Position numbers and translations under genes: made by a program
The notes under the pieces: model-generated
Database searches by the model: none
Told to the model about the DNA's origin: nothing
Seen by the model: only the letters and a program-made list of their open reading frames with translations
Shown: positions 58,777-64,000 of the stretch, in pieces
Numbering within the stretch: position 1 is the first letter of the stretch
How the letters are laid out: each line of letters opens with the position of its first letter
Assembly (NCBI GenBank): GCA_963821525.1
Contig: CAWGED010000005.1
Span: 64,001 to 128,000, forward strand
DNA: 64,000 nucleotides
Source of the DNA: an uncultured Gemmatimonadales bacterium
GTDB lineage: Bacteria > Gemmatimonadota > Gemmatimonadetes > Gemmatimonadales > GWC2-71-9
Direction: 5' to 3'

Positions 58777-59608
58777 GCTGACGTAATGCGTCACCGATCA
58801 GCGCCGTCGCCAGAACCACGAGCACCAGGGCGATTCCGGGCGCCACAGCAACCCAGGGTGCGTTGACCAGGGTATCTCGACCGGAGGCGATCATCCCGCC
58901 CCACGACGGTGTGGGAGGCTGGACTCCGAGGCCGAGGTAGGAGAGGCCTGACTCGAGCATGATGGTGTTGCCGAGACTGAGTGCAGCCGAGACGACGACG
59001 GGGCCGAGAACGTTGGGCACGACGTGATGCCATAGGATTCTTCGCTTGCCGGCGCCAAGGGCCACCGCAGAGTCGACGAACGGACGGACCACAAGAGCGC
59101 GGGTCTCGCCATAGACCAGTCGCGCCAGCGTCATCCATCCCGTCAGGCCCAGCACCAGAACAACGAGAGTCGCGCTGGGCCGCCACAAAGCAGCGAGCAA
59201 TAGCAACAGGACCACCCGGGGCAGGGCGAGGCCGAAATCAGTGAGGCCCATGAGCAGGATTCCCACCCTTCGCTGCCAGAGCCCCGCCACCGCTCCCACC
59301 GCGACACCGATGATGACCGACAAGAAAACCGCCAGCACGCCGGTACCGAGCGAGATCCTCGCTCCGTAGGCCAGCCGGGCCCACACGTCACGCCCGAAGC
59401 GGTCGGTACCCAGCGGATGGAAGACGCCGTGAAGATCGGTGCTGAGCGGCGGGAGGAAGCGAGTTTGCACGACGTCTCGCTGCAGGCCCGGGTCGATCGT
59501 GGTGATGAGGGGCGCGGCAAGGGCGGCCAGCACGAAAAGCAGCAACACCAACGCCGCGGCCTTGCCGATCGTGTCCAGCGTTCCCACCCACCGCGCCACT
59601 CTAGCCAT
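58751..59608 (-). CDS. Peptide/nickel ABC transporter permease (DppC-like)
   Basis: LGTDRFGRD, HVVPN, ESGLSYLGLG, PSWG. Confidence 0.92.
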   Translation of the reverse strand: MARVARWVGTLDTIGKAAALVLLLFVLAALAAPLITTIDPGLQRDVVQTRFLPPLSTDLHGVFHPLGTDRFGRDVWARLAYGARISLGTGVLAVFLSVIIGVAVGAVAGLWQRRVGILLMGLTDFGLALPRVVLLLLLAALWRPSATLVVLVLGLTGWMTLARLVYGETRALVVRPFVDSAVALGAGKRRILWHHVVPNVLGPVVVSAALSLGNTIMLESGLSYLGLGVQPPTPSWGGMIASGRDTLVNAPWVAVAPGIALVLVVLATALIGDALRQHGPGRAAA

Positions 59609-60570
59609 GACGCACCCTCGGATCGGCCCAGGACACCAGTTGATCGGCGAGCAGGTTGCCCAGGACGACCAGCACCGCGCTCACGGCGGTCGCCGCCATG
59701 ACAACGGGATAGTCCCGAGCCACGACGGCCTCGATCAAGACTCGGCCTACTCCAGGCCAGGCAAAGATTCCCTCGACGAAGACTGCTCCCGAAAAAAGAG
59801 CAGGCAGAGAGAGGCCCAGCAGTGTCACCACGGGAATCAAGGCATTTCGAAACATGTGCCGGTGACGCACCGTGGACTCAGCGACACCCTTGGCGCGAGC
59901 AGTTGTGACGAAGGGAAGGCCCCTCACGTCGAGCATCGCCTCGCGCACATAGCGGGCGATTCCACCGGCGCCGATGAGGGTGAGGGTAATGAGTGGCAGC
60001 GCGAGGTGGCGCAGGCGATCAACCAGGCGCCCCGCAGGCCCCAGAAAATCGGCGTCTACTCCCGCGGCACCGAACGCCGGGAGCCAGCCGAGCCGATAGG
60101 TGAACAGCAACACCAGCATGAGCCCAAGCCAGTAGCCCGGCATGGCGTAGAACGAAAGCGTGACAGCGGAAATCGCGACGTCGGAGCCACGCCGGAGCCG
60201 GGACTGCAAGGTCCCGATTGCAATGCCGATGATGTAGCTGAGCGCGAGGGACAGGACGACCAACAACGCGGTCGCAGGCCACGCGGCGCCCAGCATGGCG
60301 CTCACCGGACGTCCCGTGGAAATACTCGATCCCCAATCGCCACGAACGAATGCACTCAACCAGGTCGCGTACTGGACCAGGAGCGGGCGGTCGAGCCCAA
60401 GCGCGGTCCTGAGGTTGGCGATCTGTTCGGGGGTCGCCGCGGGTCCAGCCAATTGCGAGGCGGGATCTCCGGGCGCCAGGTGCAGCAAGAGAAACGTGAG
60501 CGTGACGACGCCGAGGAGGACGCCGAATCCGGCAAGTAGCCGGGGAAATATTCGGGGGAACGCGCCAGGA
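59601..60570 (-). CDS. Peptide/nickel ABC transporter permease (DppB-like); start uncertain
   Basis: PGDPA, LGLDRP, GDWGSS, TARAKG, RNALIP, FAWPGVG, RDYP. Confidence 0.9.
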
Positions 60571-60679
60571 CCGATTTCAGGTCACCGTTGTGAGAAATGT
60601 CACCACGTGAGTAGAGTCACGGACGCCATTCGGGAGCCGGGGAATTATCCGGCGTAGTCTCCCCTATCCGAGGTACTCA

Positions 60680-61600
60680 ATGTATCGGAACCTGCCCGTG
60701 GGTCCGGCGGCGGCGATCGTCGGAGCTCTTTTCGTGCTCGGCGTTGCCGGCTGTTCGAGCGATTCGACCGGCATGAGCAACGAGACTCTGACTCAAGCCG
60801 AGGCGAATGATGTCGGTCAGGAAGTGGAAGCACAGGTTGCCAGTGTCGTTGGCGCCAGCACCATCGTCGGGATCATGAATCCGGCCGCCGCAGTCCCCCC
60901 TCAGGGCGGCAATTTCGGCGCCTTGGGCCTCGGCTCCGCGGGTTGTCCGGACATCGCCCCGTTTCCCCCCGCTGATACCGATGGCGATCACGTTCCCGAT
61001 AGCGTAACCGTCAGCTTCACTCTACCGGAGTGCAGCTTCACCGGCCCCCGGGGGAGAACTCTCGAGGTAACGGGAGGCGTGACGGTTACCGATCCGTCCA
61101 GCACCTTGGCGGGATTCCGGGTGCGGTTCGACGCCCTGAAACCCAAGATAACCTTCCCCAACGGGTCCTTCTTCGTGCAGCAGTTTGACGGGATCCGTCA
61201 ATTGCTCGCATCCCCCGACGGCTTCTCCGTCAGCGACAGTATCACGGCGAGCTTCGAGTCTTCCGAACGGGGGAGCGCATCGCTGGAAAACGCCTGGCAG
61301 GTGAACTTTGCCGTGGACCAGAGTGGCTCGTTCGAGGCTCACACGCCGCTGCCGAGTGGGACGGCCGATATCAGCGGGACCACGGTACGGACCCACGGCG
61401 AGGTCAGCAAGACGTTCACCATGACCACGCCGGTTCCTTTGCACTACAACGCGTCGTGCACCGAAGACCAGAAGATCGATTCGGGCGAGGTTGACGCCAC
61501 GTTCGTGAGTCCCCGGGGGACTGCGACGGTCACGGTAACGTACACCGCCTGCGGAGTCCGCCCGACCATTACGCTGGTGTCGACGCCCGGAACTACCTGA
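60680..61600 (+). CDS. Beta-rich lipoprotein of unknown function
   Basis: GAGG RBS, lipobox VAGC, several Cys residues. Confidence 0.75.
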   Translation: MYRNLPVGPAAAIVGALFVLGVAGCSSDSTGMSNETLTQAEANDVGQEVEAQVASVVGASTIVGIMNPAAAVPPQGGNFGALGLGSAGCPDIAPFPPADTDGDHVPDSVTVSFTLPECSFTGPRGRTLEVTGGVTVTDPSSTLAGFRVRFDALKPKITFPNGSFFVQQFDGIRQLLASPDGFSVSDSITASFESSERGSASLENAWQVNFAVDQSGSFEAHTPLPSGTADISGTTVRTHGEVSKTFTMTTPVPLHYNASCTEDQKIDSGEVDATFVSPRGTATVTVTYTACGVRPTITLVSTPGTT

Positions 61601-61635
61601 CCTTCCGGGTTTTCGCCAGCGCGGGCCGGGCGACA

Positions 61636-61670
61636 GTGCAGGGGCGGGGTCATAGACCTCGCCCCTACAC
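61636..61670. repeat. REP-like GTAG-family palindrome / hairpin
   Basis: GTGCAGGGGCGGGGTC-ata-GACCTCGCCCCTACAC; minus strand reads GTAGGGGCGAGGTC. Confidence 0.6.
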
Positions 61671-61700
61671 ATTTCTGCTCGCGGCTCCCACCTTTGGGGC

Positions 61701-63109
61701 GTGTCGCCCCGGTCCTGTCTCATTGCGGGCCTGATGGCCATCGCCGGCTGCCGGGCGGCCGCGACGTCGCGCGGCTCGACGGTTGTCTTCGCGTCCGGGG
61801 CCGATCTCCAAAGCATCAATCCGCTGCTTACCGTCCATCCGCTTGCCCGCCAGGTACAGCGCTACGTGCTCCTCACGACCCTGGTGCGCTATGACAGCGC
61901 GCTCGACGGTCCAACCGTATCTCGCGCGGTCCTGGACCTGGTCGCAGGATCACCGGGAGCTGCAATTTCATCTGGTCCCGGGAGTCTTCTGGCATGACGG
62001 GGCGCCCACCACGGCGCGCGATGTCCAATGGACGCTTGACGCGGCTCGGAACCCGCGCACCGGTTATCCGCGGCTCACCGACCTTGAGAAGCTCGAGAAG
62101 CTCGAGGCACCAGACGACTCGACTGTCGTGCTTCATTTCTCCACTCCTCAAGGATCGATTCCGGACGTCCTCACTGACCTGGCGATTCTGCCTCGTCACC
62201 TGCTCGACTCGGTCCCTCTGGACCGGATGCGGCAGGCGGCCTGGAACCAGCACCCGGTGGGGAATGGACCATTTCGTTTCGTGGCGCACGAAGCCAATCG
62301 CAAGTGGGTCTTCGCGGCGGATTCGGCGTTCCCCGCGGCACTCGGTGGGCCACCCAAGCTCTCACGGCTCGTGGTAGCTATCGTAGACGAGCCGATGACC
62401 AAGCTGGCCGCACTCGCCTCGGGTGAGCTGGATTTCGCCGGCATACAGCCCGCCCACGCGGAGTTCGTGAGGAGGAACCCGCGACTGGCGGTGTATGATT
62501 ACCCTTTGCTCTTCAGCTACGTCCTCGTACTGAATACCCGGATTCCTCCATTTTCCGATTTGGCGGCTCGCACCCGTGTGGCGCAGGCCGTCGATCGCCA
62601 GGAGATCGTGGACGGGTTCCTGTTCGGGTTCGGCACTCCGATTTCGAGTCCTAACGGCGTCGCGACCAGAACCGTGAATCGAATCTGACCGGCCGGCGTC
62701 ATCCCCAGATCTCAAATTCGAGTTGCTTACGGTGGGCAGCGGAGAGGCGGCACTCGAACAGCTCCTCCAGCACCAGTTCGATAGTCGGGGCATATCGATC
62801 GGCATCCGGCAGCTCGAACTCTCTGCGTTCCTCGACCGGGTACAGGGGCCGAGTCACGAGTATCAGGCCGCGGTGATGGGAGTTCCGGGCGATCTGGCCC
62901 TCGGCTACCTCGCACCCTTGCTACGTACGGCCGGATTGACACCCGCAGGCGATACCACAGGGCAGCTCAGGCAGCTCGCCGATTCGATTCCGGTGGTGTT
63001 CCTGTATCAGGCCCGCGGGGTTCAGGGAATGAATCGCAGAGTTCACGACGTGCGGATGGATCAGCGCGGGGAGCTTGCGACAGTGGCACGCTGGACGGTC
63101 GTTCAGTGA
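61701..63109 (+). CDS. Peptide ABC transporter substrate-binding lipoprotein, frameshifts at ~61905 and ~62670
   Basis: Lipobox IAGC, PYLARSW, WHDGAPTTARDV, PVGNGPF, AVDRQEIV. Confidence 0.85.
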
Positions 63110-64000
63110 CGACTCAGGAGCGGCGCGTATTCCATGCAGCAGCTCCCGTGCGGCTCGACTTCGCCGGGGGCTGGACCGATGTGCCACCCTTCTCGACCCG
63201 GGAAGGTGGACAGGTGGTCAATGCCGCAATCGGCCTCTCGGTCCGCGCCGAAGTCGAGCTCGGTGGCACCGGCATGTTGCTGCGCGCCGAAGATCTGGGG
63301 GAGGCGGCGGTGATCGCTCATGCCTCGCAGCTCGCAGGCCACGGGCCGCTCCCCCTGCTGCGCGCGGCGCTGCGAATGTTCCCGGCGGGACCGTGCACCC
63401 TGCGCACCTTCTCCGAAGTCCCGGCAGGATCAGGCTTGGGTAGCTCCGGCGCGCTCGATGTGGCCCTGGTGAGTGTGCTCGCGGTGTCCCGCGGGGAGGC
63501 CCTGACCCGCGAACAGGCCGCGGCGTATGGGTGGGAACTCGAAGCGGTGGAAGCGGGACTGCCCGGTGGGCGGCAGGATCAGTGCGCCTCCGCATTCGGT
63601 GGATTTCATCGGTTGGGCTTTGACGACGGTGAACCGACGGTTGAATCGCTGGATCTGGCTGAGGATTTCCTGGCCGCGCTGGAAGCGAGGATTCTCTTGT
63701 GCTTCACCGGACGATCTCGAGTTTCGGGAGACACGATCGCGCGAGTGATGAGCGCCTATGAGCGGGGGGAGTCCGGTGTCGTCGAGGCGTTGCGAGGGTT
63801 GAAAGAGACGGCATCCCGAATGGCCGAGGCCATGAAGCGCGGCGATTGTGAAGAGGTCGGCACCTTACTCCAGCGCAACTGGGAGCTGCAGCAAGCGCTG
63901 GATTCATCGATGAGTACCGAGGAAATGGCTCGTCTCGAAGCAGCCATGACGGAGTTGGGAGCGCTGGGTGGCAAGGCGGCGGGCGCCGGGGCAGGGGGAT
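63106..64000 (+). CDS. GHMP-family sugar kinase (HddA-like), runs off window
   Basis: Manual translation: APVRLDFAGGWTD, PAGSGLGSS, GGRQDQ, GGK..GAGAGG; not in ORF track. Confidence 0.88.
   Translation, partial: MTTQERRVFHAAAPVRLDFAGGWTDVPPFSTREGGQVVNAAIGLSVRAEVELGGTGMLLRAEDLGEAAVIAHASQLAGHGPLPLLRAALRMFPAGPCTLRTFSEVPAGSGLGSSGALDVALVSVLAVSRGEALTREQAAAYGWELEAVEAGLPGGRQDQCASAFGGFHRLGFDDGEPTVESLDLAEDFLAALEARILLCFTGRSRVSGDTIARVMSAYERGESGVVEALRGLKETASRMAEAMKRGDCEEVGTLLQRNWELQQALDSSMSTEEMARLEAAMTELGALGGKAAGAGAGG

Noticed and set aside
1..64000. tRNA, rRNA, riboswitch (e.g. TPP before thiE), prophage or defence genes
   Set aside because: None recognisable by eye; a covariance-model search would be needed to exclude small RNAs

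Overview
A GC-rich bacterial window; gene content and synteny suggest Gemmatimonadota (inference). About 20 isolated single-base frameshifts look like long-read consensus errors and split or falsely fuse several ORFs. Positions 1-30.1 kb hold a surface-glycan locus: several GT2/GT4/GT-C glycosyltransferases, sugar redox enzymes, a YvcK/CofD-GT2 fusion, exosortase with EpsI, a priming sugar transferase, Wza-like and Wzc proteins, wecB, and a sigma-54 activator plus kinase, with six sigma-54-like promoters readable in the DNA. Positions 30-46 kb are mostly housekeeping (NYN protein, mpg, kbl-tdh, SDR, UbiD, rlmI, aroH, thiE, mltG, ruvX, rho, M50 protease, a stand-alone HisKA miniprotein). Positions 46-53 kb hold an RDD/SpoIIM-DUF4129-DUF4350-MoxR-DUF58 module. 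Positions 53-64 kb encode a Rieske oxygenase, GH38, a RidA-family protein, GDPD, a peptide ABC transporter, a lipoprotein and a GHMP kinase. The most striking unannotated signal is a set of gene-junction inverted arrays of 7-bp tandem repeats, each locus with a different motif. One pair (57359-58007) encloses a frameshift-riddled four-helix-bundle (23S-IVS-protein/Avd-like) gene absent from the ORF track; the other paired loci are empty.
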